Part shown: positions 32,274 to 42,809 of the stretch, piece by piece
Numbering within the stretch: position 1 is the stretch's first letter
Layout: each line of letters starts with the position of its first letter
DNA from: Azolla caroliniana
Taxonomy: Eukaryota; Plantae; Polypodiophyta
Assembly (NCBI GenBank): GCA_043228905.1
Contig: JBHGNT010000001.1
Span: 28,210,001-28,274,000, forward strand
DNA length: 64,000 bases
Direction: 5' to 3'
Notes under the pieces: model-generated
What the model saw: the letters and a program-made list of their open reading frames with translations, nothing else
What the model was told of the DNA's origin: nothing
Databases searched by the model: none
Program-made: the position numbers and the translations under genes

Positions 32274-35200
32274 TGTTATATGTTTTATGGTTAGGGTATG
32301 ATAATGATAAAGATAGGAATAGGGCTAGCAATGATGGTAGATTGATAATGAATGTGTGATGATGAGAGAGGGCGTGAAGAACAAGACAACCATTGAGGGG
32401 TGGGGGGTGGTGCCTAGAATGGCTCCACCCCCCTACCAAGGGGGTTCAACGTTAAGGGGAGAGAGAGGAAGAGAGATGACAAAGAGAGAGAGAGAGAGAT
32501 TAAGAGAGAAATGTTCATTCATCTTTCATTCATTTCCCATAAGGGGTTAAATAGGTACAAAGGGGTAGATCCACAAGGGTGCAAGCCCCCTTGGCATTCA
32601 CACCTAGTCACTCACTCACACCTCTTTGTATCTACCACACTCACACTTACATTCACACTCATAATTGTATAAAATCACACAAACATATCAACACATTACA
32701 TCTTTCACCCTCACTTATCACATTTATCAATCACCCATACATCTCGTACGGTAACACAATATGGCACGCCCGTGGGAGAGTGCCTTGCACGTTGATCCCA
32801 CATGCCTTGATCATAATTTTTCTTTGACCGGAATTTCCATCGGTCCTCTCAACGATCGACTCCCTCGATCAGAGCGCTTGACTCGAACATCTCCGTCGGT
32901 CAGCGACTCTTCTGTGACACGAACATTCTTGTTCTGTCGACTTACGAACTTTGGTAACATCAACGATCGACTCCCTCGATCGGAGCGCTTGACTTGAACA
33001 TCTCTATCGGTCAGCGAATCTTCATCGGTTCACGAACTTCGGTAACATCATTTGGGTTGTCAAAAAATGTTGTATGTATGTGTGTTCCTTTTGTTCATTT
33101 TGTGAGTTGTGTGTTGATCGCGTCCATTTCTTTTAGGTTGATGAGTTTTCAAATTTCGTAGGTGTCCTTTGATTTTTAAAATTTGTATTATATACCCTCG
33201 AGTTTTGAAAATTTCATTCAGTACCCCCAGGTTTCTGAAATTTTAGACTGCTACCCTCAACATTTAAAATTTCTTCAGGTGCCCCTTATCATTCTCTTTT
33301 TCCCTCTTTTTTTCTTTTCTTGTTTCCTTCTTTTTTTCTCTTACTTCTTGTTTTCTTCTTCTTCAACGTCTCTTCCTCTGTGTTTTCTATTTCTTCTTCC
33401 CTTTCTCTATTTCTTTCCTTCATCTCCGTTTTCTGTTTCTTCTTCCTTCTTTCACCACCGCTATGTCCGTTGTCCGTGCCTGTCACGCTTTGTTCTTGTG
33501 TGTTGTTGTGTGTCGTTGCATCTATACGGCCTTCTCGGTTCATCTCCGTCTCTGTCTCTGTTTTCGTTTCTGTTTACGTCTCTGGCTCCGTCGCCGTCAC
33601 CGTCACCGTTGTCATCACCATCACCATCACCATCCGTCGTCGTTGTTTGTCCGTCACTGTCGTCTGTCGGTTAGTCCTCGTCCAGCGTTGTCTATCTGTG
33701 TCTCTGACTCTATCTGGTCCGTCTGTCAGAACTGGCCGTTATTGTCTTTCCAGCCCTCTAGCCACTATTCGGTTGTCCAGTCCGTCGTTTCAACGTCATC
33801 ACCGTTCCGGCCATCGGCTGTCCGGCTATTCCTGTCGCTTTTCGGCGTGGTGTCGTCGTTCTGGTTGCTATCCAGCCGCTCCGGCTGTTTGTCCGGTCGC
33901 TGATTTTTGCTGCCGCTGGTTGTCCGTGTCCGACCCTATCTCCCGGTCCTCCGTTCGTTTGTCGGGCCCATCCAGTCCGGCCATCTTCGTCGCTAATTTT
34001 TTGCCGTCGCCGCTGATTATTTGCTGCCACTCCGGTCGTTGTTCAACTACTATCCCAACCATTTGTCCGTTGTCTTCCGATCATACGTTCGGTCCGTCCT
34101 CCCGGCCGCTTGTCTGCTTCCCCGGCCTTGTCCGACCCTCCGGCCGCTCCGGCTGCTACTCCCAGTGTCCGGCTATTCCGATTGGTTTCCGGCCCTTCCG
34201 ACCGCTCTTTGCACTCTTCGGCCGATATTTGGCCGTTGTTCCTGTTGCTATCTAGCCCCTCTCTGGCCAAAACTCTCCTGCAGCGGCCGCTGCTTCGTTG
34301 GGTTTTGTGGTCGTCTCTGTCGACCGGCCATCGTCAAGCGTCGTCGTCCGGCTGTCGTACCGGCATTTGTTCGGTCGTTGGCTGTTGTTTAGCCACTAAC
34401 CGGCCACTCCAACTGCTCCGACTGTTGTCCGGTTGCTCTTCAGCCGTTGTCCAACGTCATCTGGTCTGGCCACCTCCTTTCTGGCGCCGTTCAACCACTA
34501 CGACCGCTCTTCGGTCGCTCTCCGGCCGGCACTTCTCCAGCCTCTCCTCTGTCGATATCGTTGTTCTAGCCATCGAGCTGTCGTAGTTCGGCTCGTTCCG
34601 GTCCGTACCGGCCGGTTTTCTGGCAGTTGGTTCGGCTGCTCCCATCTTTGTTCATCTTCTCATGCCATTGGTCATTCTTTCCACTGCCCTTTCTCTTTGT
34701 CACCATCATCTCTGGCGGACCCTTCGTTTTTTTCGTCTTGTTGTCCGGTCCTCCTTGTTCTTCTTTGGTGTTCTCCCGTCTTCTCCTTCTATTTGTTGTT
34801 GATGATTTTAGCAATGGTGACCCTAATGATTATGATTACAATGAAGAATGACCGCACATTCTAATTCCTTCATATGCATCATCTTGGAGATCATGGTTTA
34901 TGAACAAACTATGCTTATTATGAGTGCCACCATGATATGAATCATGCTCACATGCATTATGGTGGTTAATATAGTTGTTAGTATCAGGGTTAGTATAAGG
35001 GCCAGAGGCACACACTTAGGGTTAGTACATGAAGAGTTTGGGCTAAACTTATAAGGCCCATGGGTGTAGGAGAAACTAGGGGTAGGGTATCTAGTGCAAG
35101 GAATGGTAGAGGAATTAGGGTTAGGAAAACAAGAACAGAAAATGGGGTTAGGGTCACAGGAGTAGTGATTATCCAAAGACCAAAAATGATGAGAATGATG

Positions 35201-35873
35201 ATGATAATGCTCGGAGACATCATCAATCTACCATTTTCATCATTTCTTGTACATTGTCAATTTGATTTCTTGCTCTCTTGCACATACTTCTACCGCATAT
35301 CATTCCGTAAGTTCCACTCGCACATCATACTGCCGCGGATCATTCATCGACTCTATCTCCAAAGGGGGGTCGCCTTAGTGGTCGCCAAAAGGTGTTATAT
35401 GTTTTATGGTTAGGGTATGATAATGATAAAGATAGGAATAGGGCTAGCAATGATGGTAGATTGATAATGAATGTGTGATGATGAGAGAGGGCGTGAAGAA
35501 CAAGACAACCATTGAGGGGTGGGGGGTGGTGCCTAGAATGGCTTCACCCCCCTCCCAAGGGGGTTCAATGTTAAGGGGAGAGAGAGGAAGAGAGATGACA
35601 AAGAGAGAGAGAGAGATTAAGAGAGAAATGTTCATTCATCTTTCATTCATTTCCCATAAAGGGTTAAATAGGTACAAAGGGGTAGATCCACAGGGGTGCA
35701 AGCCCTCTTGGCATTCACACCTAGTCACTCACTCACACCTCTTTGTATCTACCACACTCACACTTACATTCACACTCATAATTGTATAAAATCACACAAA
35801 CATATCAACACATTACATCTTTCACCCTCACTTATCACATTTATCAATCACCCATACATCTCGTACGGTAACA
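32274..35873. mobile_element. Non-coding, non-autonomous LTR element (LARD/TRIM-like) with opposed PBS-like motifs
   Basis: ~480-bp direct LTRs at 32274-32756 and 35393-35873 (TGTTA...TAACA), flanks ACTAG/ACTAC, low-complexity interior with no gag or pol motifs. Confidence 0.88.
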
Positions 35874-35996
35874 ACTACTCTTAGCGTGGAGGGTGTTCTC
35901 CTGCTCCAATTAGCTCTTCTAATTATGGGGCTTGGTAGGGGCCTAATTTGGGTGTGGTCCATGTGACTGCCACAGTTCCCCCTTGTAAAAAAAAAG

Positions 35997-36637
35997 TTAT
36001 TGTGCGGTCGGATTGCGACGGGGCGTGGACGACGGTTCTAGGTGGGGGGAGGACACGGACACGGGCGTGGGTGTGGGCGTGGGCATGAGCGTGGGCGGGG
36101 GCAATGGTAGCTGATGGAAGGGCTTCATGCAAGACTGGTGGGCAAAGGTAGAGCGGTTGTTGGAGGCACGACGGAGCAGATATGTAGTGTTGCGTATTTG
36201 CTTTTCAACTTCGAAGGGACAGATCCATCGGTGCATGAGCGACTCGCTGAGGCCGCGACAACAGATGGGGAAATAGACGAGGACTTTGTTGCCGACGTGG
36301 TATTGATGGTTGGCGGGGCCTGCATCGTGTTGTCGTTTTTGGCATAGCTGTGCTTGGTGCAAGTTGCTCGTGATGGCTTTGCGGAGGAGTTGTTGCAGGT
36401 GGAACCACCAGGACACTGCGTGAGAGTGGAGTCATGTGATTGGTTGCAGGACTGCCACTTCTGGGGGTAAGCGCGGGTCCCTTCCGTAAAGGGCCCAAAA
36501 TGGGCTAATGCGGGTGGAGGCTTGCATAGTTGTGTTGTAGGCATGCGTAACGAAGGGCAAGATCCGGTCCCAGGTTGAGTGCAACGGATCGATGTAGGCC
36601 GAGATTTGTTGTTTTAAGGTTCGATTGAGGCACTCCG
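35997..36637 (-). pseudogene. Gypsy integrase C-terminal relic; continues at 63917-64000
   Basis: YNTTMQASTRISPFWALYGR, VGNKVLVY..RWICPFEV. Joins across the insertion as SPYHPQTNGLTE-CLNRTLKQ. Confidence 0.8.
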
Positions 36638-36957
36638 TGTTGGGAGACAGGTCTCTCCGGATGGGAAGGGAGAAGAACGGTGCCGATGAACTGGATGAGG
36701 AGTACCCGACTACGAAGAGCCGAATGGTGCAGGCCCGGTATGAACCGGATGAGGAGTACCCGGCTACGGAGAGCCGGATGGTGCAGGCCCGGTGTGAACC
36801 GGAGGAAGAAACATATTCGTAAATATGTTTCTAAGAGCCAATCGAGGCTATATTTGTAAATAGCCGAAAAGTCATATTAGTATAAATATGACTTAGGGCA
36901 AACTTTTTAGGGTTGTTGTCATTTTTCTTGTTGGTGCACGAAGAAGAGAGACCACGT

Positions 36958-39900
36958 TGTCGCGTTGTTACGCGCGTGCGTGGAGAAGGGCGGAACCACG
37001 GGGGTCTTGGACTAAGGAGAAGGGGAGAAGGAATAGGACTTCGGAATGGAGCTTAGCACAAGAAGAGAAAGAATGAACAAGAGGAAGATGGAGGCCAAAT
37101 GCTCAACAAGATATATTAGAACCGAAAACCGATTACAAAATGGCGGCCGCGTAGGCCGCACCAAACGACTATGATAAACCCGAAACCCTAATCCGGCGAA
37201 GAAGAAAAGAAACCCTAAACCTAACGCTCGTCCTATGTGGTATACCTTTCGCACTCAAAATAGGCAACCCCCACAATGGTGCTCTTCCTCTCCTTTTATA
37301 GCACAAGGAGAGAAGACCGTTTACAAAAAGGGTGCTACAAAATATCCCCTTTCAATCAATGGGGATATTTCCCTTGATTTTAGGGGAGGTGGGAAGGATG
37401 GGTCTTAACTCCCACCTCTACACGAACTACTATGTACCTAGCTCTCTCTCTCACGTGGATGTGCGCGCAAAAGCACATCACCTTTACACTTTACAAATCC
37501 TAAGGTGCATTTCTAGCACCATACTTATCACTATCGATAAATAGAAATACAACATGTTGATGTGCAACGTTGCACATCGCGAGTTTGCTTGCTTTGCTCG
37601 GGTTTCCGCCTACGGACGAAAATCTTCACGACATCCGCCCCCACCTAACCGCACATCCACCGGTATGTGCCAAAAGGGGACAAAACGTGAGATTTTCGGC
37701 CAAGGCGGCCAACCGAGCCCTTGGCAACCTCGTGGGCTCGCCCGGCTTCGTCTTCCACTTCGAGCAAGTCCACCCCGTCCACACAAACCACCGTCGCCTT
37801 CCGGCCCACCATCTTCGTCGAATGGTCTCGAACCGTCGGCCCCATCCGATCCGCCACACTCGACGACGTTCGCCGAGTCGTTGCCTCCACCCGATCCGCC
37901 ACGTCCACCGTGATTCCTTGAACCACCGTCTACATCCGGTCCGCCGTTTCCGATGCCCGCGCTTTCTTCCCCGATCGGTCCTCCCGAACGCCGTTGCCGA
38001 TCCGGTTGCTCTTCTTTTGTCCGCCTCGTATAGCCTCCGGATGCTCTCCCGATCTCTCCGGCTGCACGCCGGATTCCGCCTTTCCCGTGCCGCACACCTC
38101 GGCGTGCCGACTCTCTCCGCTCCGCGATTGCCTTCCGTAGGCTTTCCCCGTATGTCGATGCTCTCCCCCGAATGTGTGCTCGTGCTTCGGTCCTTCGACG
38201 ACCCCATCACGAATCTTCCGCCTTCCCTTCGCCTTCCGTGCTCTCTCGCCGTAGAGCATACCATCGTTCCCGTGCTCGTTGCTTGGCCCTCATGCGGCCG
38301 CATTGCACGTTTCGCATTCCGCTCCTCTTCGCGTACCCTTTCGGAAAGGTACCTTTCTTCCCCGACCTCCGTTTCGCTCGAAGGAACACCCTCTTGGCCC
38401 TCTTGGCCCGCTCGACCGCACACATCCTTCGTGATGTCGTGTTCGTTCTTTTGGGCGCATACATCTTCGTTCTCCGCGACCTCCCGTATGCCTCTCTCGG
38501 TGCCTTCATCCGTTGTGGCCTTCGTCCCCTCGCCGCCACCGTCCGCCACTCTTGGTCTCACGTCGGCACTCGCGCTGACCGCCGGAGTCTCTATAGCCGG
38601 TGTGGAGGATCCCTCTTGGGCCTTATCTTCGTGGCCGCCGGTCTTAGCCTCTCCGTAGGCCACCTCTTCCCACCAATCTTCCCTAGCATCGTGCCGGGTC
38701 TCGTCGTCGCCGTCTTCCTCCTCGTATTCGCCTCTCGAAGGCGTGATCCGACCGTCATCTTCGGTCGCTCGATGTGGCTCCTTCGTAGGCATGCTTGTCT
38801 CTTGGCCCTCTATCGGCCGTATTGCATGCATCTCGTCTCGCTCTTCCGCCGTAGACCCGACCTCCGTGTCGGTCTTCTCCTCCTTTGTCGCCGTAGCCCG
38901 TTCCGACACGGGCTCGCCGTCTTGGACCCACCCGTCCACCATCTCGTACCGGATATCCGTTCCGGTAACCTCGTACGCTCCGGCCTCCGACTCCTCGCCG
39001 CCACCCGCCGTCTCTCCGGTCTCATGTTGATCCGCAACCGCCGTAGTCTCTAGAGTGGGTATGGAGGGTCTCGTTTGTTTCCGTTTTTCCCCCGAACCAT
39101 GGTCGTCGTGCCCGGTTAGCCTCCATCTCGCGCTTACCGGCTCCCATCGTAACCGTAACCGTAACCGGCCAATCGGTCTCGCCGGCTTCCTTCGGTTTGG
39201 GCCCGGTTCGCCGGCCCTTACTCTCTTCTTCTTCCGTGCCGTATTCCGGTCGGGTCGGTTCCCGACTCTCTCCTCATTTCCGCTCCGGTCCTCTCCGTCG
39301 GACCCACCGTATACGCCCATTCCGGGCCCCGCATACTCGTCTTCGTATGCGCTCTCTCCGGGCCTCACCTCCTCACGGTCACCGCCCATCTCTCCGGTCT
39401 CACGTTGGCATTCGAGCACAACCGCCGAAGTCTCCGGCCCCGGTGTCAAGGGGTCTTGCCTCCGTCCGCTCCAATCTTCCTTCTCGTTTCCGTTGCCCGC
39501 CTTGCCGCCGTCACCTCCCGTTGCACTAAGCCTCATGCCGGCACTCGAGCCGACCATTGGAGCCTCTAGGATTGGTGTGGGTAAGGACCCGGCACCGCCG
39601 CTTGTTGTCTCCGTAGCCGCTTTCGTTCGGACGTCGTTGTCCGCGGCTCCCCCATCTCCGATTCCGTAAGCCTCTAGTATGCTTGCCACCACCTCTTCTT
39701 CGCCGTTCTCCGCATCATTTTGTTTGCCCGCCTTGCCGCCGCCACCGCCCGTCGTTCTAGGTCTCGTGCCGGCACTCGGGCCGACCGCCGAAGCCTCTAG
39801 GGCCGGTGTGTGGAAGGTCGCGGCACCACCGCTTGCCTCCTCTCCGCTCGATGTTTTGGGCCGCCGTGCGCCGAATCTTCCGCCCACTTTCGAAGTGGCG

Positions 39901-42809
39901 CTCTCCGCACCGGCCTCATCCTTGGCCGTCCATTCGCCGCAAGACGAGAGGGTTTTTCGCTCCGCACCCTCTCCCATGTCGTCGTCGTTTCGGTTGCCCG
40001 CCTTGCCGCCGCCACCGTCCGTCACTCTAGGCCTCTCGCCGGCTCTCGGGCCGGGTGCCGGAGTCTCTAGGACCGGTGTGTGGAAGGTCGCGACACCACC
40101 ACTCCTCTCGTCCGTAGCCACCTCCATTCGGACATCGTCGTCCGTGGCTACCCCGTCTTCGGTTTCGCAAGCATCGAGTATGCTTGCCGCCGCCTCTTCT
40201 TCGCCGGTCTCGTCCTCATCTCGGTTGTCCGCCTTGCCGCCGCCACCGTCCGTAGCTCTAGGTCTCGTGCCGGCACTCGGGCCGACCGCCGAAGCCTCTA
40301 GGGCCGGTGTGTGGAAGGTCGCGACACCATCGCTCGTTTCGTCTTCCTCCTCCATTTCGCAAGCCTCGAGTATGCTCGCGAAATCCTCGTAGAACGTTTC
40401 GGGCAACCGCGTCCCGAAACTTCCGCCCACTCTCGAAGTGGCGTCCATCGCTCCGTAGATATCGGCCTCGTCCATGGCCGTTCTTTTTCCCCGAGATGAG
40501 ACGGTCGCTGGCTCCGCAGCTTCTCTCGTGTCGACGCCGTGGTCGCCCGCCTTGCCACCGCCACCTCCTTTCACCATAGGTCTTACGCGGGCACTCGGGC
40601 CGGCCGCCGTGATCTCTAGGAATGACGCGTGTAAGGTCGCGGGACCGCCGCTCGTCGATGTAATGTCCGTAGCCACCTCCGCTCGGACGTCGTTGCCCGT
40701 GGCTACCCCGCCTCCGTATATGCAAGCATCGGTTATGCTTGCCGCCGCCTCTTCCGCGGTCTCCTTACCGTTGTCTCGGTTGCCCGCCTTGCCGCCGCCA
40801 CCGTTCTTTTCCCTCGGTCTCACGCGGGCGCTCGGGCCGGCCGCCGGGGTCTCTTGAACCGGTGCGTGGAAGGTTGCGGTACCGCCGCTTGTCTCCTCCG
40901 TACTCGATGATTCGGGCCACCATGTCCCGAATCCGCCATGTCCGCTCGAATCGGCGATCGCCGCCTCACCGTCCCCGACCTCGTCCTCGGTCGTTCTTTT
41001 CCCCAATGTCGAGAGGGCGGCTTGCTCCGCACCCTCTCCCGTGGTACTGATGTACCATTCTCTTTCGGCCTCCGCATAGGCCCCGTCCTCCACGTGTGAG
41101 GAAGCTCCTTCCTCCGCGTCCTCCGATCCGCTCGGGCCCAACCCCGCAATAAGCCATTCTTCGGCTTCGATTTTCGCCATTACGAGCCCGCACGCCTCCC
41201 GTATTAGCGCTTGTTGGTCGGGCCCCTCCAAACCGGTTCGCGATGAGCTCTCGTCCGGCGGCACGGCGTGGTCGGTCGTCGCTCTCTCTTCTCCCCCGCT
41301 CGCGGGTCGTGTTGTGGCCGACCACCTCTTATCATGTTGTCGGCACACCCGTTCTACTTCGGGCCACTCCTCGGTGAGACCATGCGCCCCATAATCGTCT
41401 TGAAGCTCGATCATGATGTCCATCCTCTCCTCATGATGGACCGTCTTCAAAAATAGGAGGACTTTGTCCGCCCCCACCGATCTTCGTTCCCACTCCGAGA
41501 GTTGAGAGAAACGACGCTCGAACTCTCGGAATGCCTCTATTGCGCTCCGATGGCGCCTCGCCGACGCCACCCACTGATCGAACTCTCGCCGACCTCTTAC
41601 CTCCGATTCCGCGCACCCGTATGCCTCCATTAGAGCCCCTTCAAAGGACTCCCACGATTCGTGAGCTTCTTGGAGCTCCTTGACCTCCTCGTACTTTGAT
41701 GCGGCCGCCGCTCGACGAAAGAACTCTAGCCTCGTCGCTTCGTCCACGCCCATCCCCGTCATTTCCGCATCGTAGGCTCTCAAAAATTTTGGGACCTCCT
41801 TCCCATCGAACCGGCCGACTAGACGGACCACCCTTTCGACCGCTTGTTGAGCCGCCTCTCGCCTCGCCCTCTTCCGTCCGGCGTCCGTCAAGATCTTTGT
41901 CATCATCTCCTCGAAGTCGAAGCCTTCTTCCATCTCTTTCTCCCTTGCCGCCCTTCACGTCGGGTTCACCAAGATGTCGGGGTTACTACGCCCTTGCGTG
42001 TAGAAAGGAGGAGGGACCACGGGGGTCTCGAACCGAAGAGCAAGAGAGAGAGAGAAGTAAGAGAGAGAGACCCGATTACACAGAACCGAAGATCCGATTG
42101 CGCCGAACCGACGATTGCACAGGGACACGGCCCAACAAACCGAGATCACAAATAAACGCCGACGCAGATGGACACAACAACGGGAGATATGTACTTATGA
42201 ACGCAAGAAGATAACAGACTAAAGTATTACAACCCACGGTGGGGCACAAAATAGATACTAACGAAAACGAACAGGGCGGCGAACAGCTGCCGACCCCTGT
42301 ATGTCGCGACGCACAGAAAGGGGAAAACAGGTCGGAGGTGCTGCAGGACGCACTCGGGGCGTTCCACGGAACAGCGCAAGCCTCCTCGAAACCTGCACAG
42401 GTTCGCGACGGAGCAGAAGACAGAGAGAGCAGGAGTGAGAGAGAAGCCCCGAAATCGGTTCGGCAGCACTTCGTCCTCTCCCCCGGGAGATATCCGCAAC
42501 AGCTCTTTCCTGCTCCTTATATAGGCCGACGAGCAGGCCGTCATGTCAGCTTTATTCCCTGTCCCTTTTGGACAGGGATCCGCCCCGTTTTTCACGCATC
42601 CGCGTAGTTACGCCGCCGACTCGTACAGTTCGCGCGCGCGACCGAAAAGACTGTTCGCGCGGTCTTTGTCTCCACTTGAGTTAGGGCCCGTTCCTGCCGG
42701 TTATCCTCCTAATTCGCTTCTATGTACAACTTGGAGCGTGCGCGCGTGAAGAACCGGTTCCCACGCCTTGGTGCGCCGATTCCGCCTATGGACGGTTTTC
42801 TTCATGACA
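36958..42809 (-). mobile_element. Non-autonomous gypsy-derived element with two different LTRs, inserted in the 5' LTR of copia A
   Basis: 5' LTR 41975-42809, PBS TGGTGAACCCGACGTGAA (41954-41971, tRNA-Trp-like), PPT TAGGTGGGGGCGGA, 3' LTR 36958-37633. 4-bp TSD ACGT confirmed against the uninterrupted host LTR near 63599. Confidence 0.88.
37626..41933 (-). CDS. 1435-aa Gag-like protein with a long acidic, Gly/Ala-rich repeat region; no pol domains
   Basis: ATG ~20 nt after the PBS, capsid-like RFDGKEVPKFLRAY..SWESFEGALMEAY, six or seven copies of SGG.ATFH.P.LE...GPSA..RPR...GGGGKAG. Open up to the 3' LTR. Confidence 0.72.
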   Translation of the reverse strand: MEEGFDFEEMMTKILTDAGRKRARREAAQQAVERVVRLVGRFDGKEVPKFLRAYDAEMTGMGVDEATRLEFFRRAAAASKYEEVKELQEAHESWESFEGALMEAYGCAESEVRGRREFDQWVASARRHRSAIEAFREFERRFSQLSEWERRSVGADKVLLFLKTVHHEERMDIMIELQDDYGAHGLTEEWPEVERVCRQHDKRWSATTRPASGGEERATTDHAVPPDESSSRTGLEGPDQQALIREACGLVMAKIEAEEWLIAGLGPSGSEDAEEGASSHVEDGAYAEAEREWYISTTGEGAEQAALSTLGKRTTEDEVGDGEAAIADSSGHGGFGTWWPESSSTEETSGGTATFHAPVQETPAAGPSARVRPREKNGGGGKAGNRDNGKETAEEAAASITDACIYGGGVATGNDVRAEVATDITSTSGGPATLHASFLEITAAGPSARVRPMVKGGGGGKAGDHGVDTREAAEPATVSSRGKRTAMDEADIYGAMDATSRVGGSFGTRLPETFYEDFASILEACEMEEEDETSDGVATFHTPALEASAVGPSAGTRPRATDGGGGKADNRDEDETGEEEAAASILDACETEDGVATDDDVRMEVATDERSGGVATFHTPVLETPAPGPRAGERPRVTDGGGGKAGNRNDDDMGEGAERKTLSSCGEWTAKDEAGAESATSKVGGRFGARRPKTSSGEEASGGAATFHTPALEASAVGPSAGTRPRTTGGGGGKAGKQNDAENGEEEVVASILEAYGIGDGGAADNDVRTKAATETTSGGAGSLPTPILEAPMVGSSAGMRLSATGGDGGKAGNGNEKEDWSGRRQDPLTPGPETSAVVLECQRETGEMGGDREEVRPGESAYEDEYAGPGMGVYGGSDGEDRSGNEERVGNRPDRNTARKKKRVRAGEPGPNRRKPARPIGRLRLRLRWEPVSARWRLTGHDDHGSGEKRKQTRPSIPTLETTAVADQHETGETAGGGEESEAGAYEVTGTDIRYEMVDGWVQDGEPVSERATATKEEKTDTEVGSTAEERDEMHAIRPIEGQETSMPTKEPHRATEDDGRITPSRGEYEEEDGDDETRHDAREDWWEEVAYGEAKTGGHEDKAQEGSSTPAIETPAVSASADVRPRVADGGGEGTKATTDEGTERGIREVAENEDVCAQKNEHDITKDVCGRAGQEGQEGVPSSETEVGEERYLSERVREEERNAKRAMRPHEGQATSTGTMVCSTAREHGRRREGGRFVMGSSKDRSTSTHSGESIDIRGKPTEGNRGAERVGTPRCAARERRNPACSRRDRESIRRLYEADKRRATGSATAFGRTDRGRKRGHRKRRTGCRRWFKESRWTWRIGWRQRLGERRRVWRIGWGRRFETIRRRWWAGRRRWFVWTGWTCSKWKTKPGEPTRLPRARLAALAENLTFCPLLAHTGGCAVRWGRMS

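Noticed and set aside
33183-34864. Several 100-310 aa ORFs inside the non-coding LTR element
   Set aside because: Low-complexity Ser/Phe/Val/Arg translations of CT-rich and CCG-rich DNA with no recognisable domain.
37570-40857. Long plus-strand ORFs (362, 293, 237, 204 aa)
   Set aside because: Antisense shadows of the GC-rich 1435-aa ORF.
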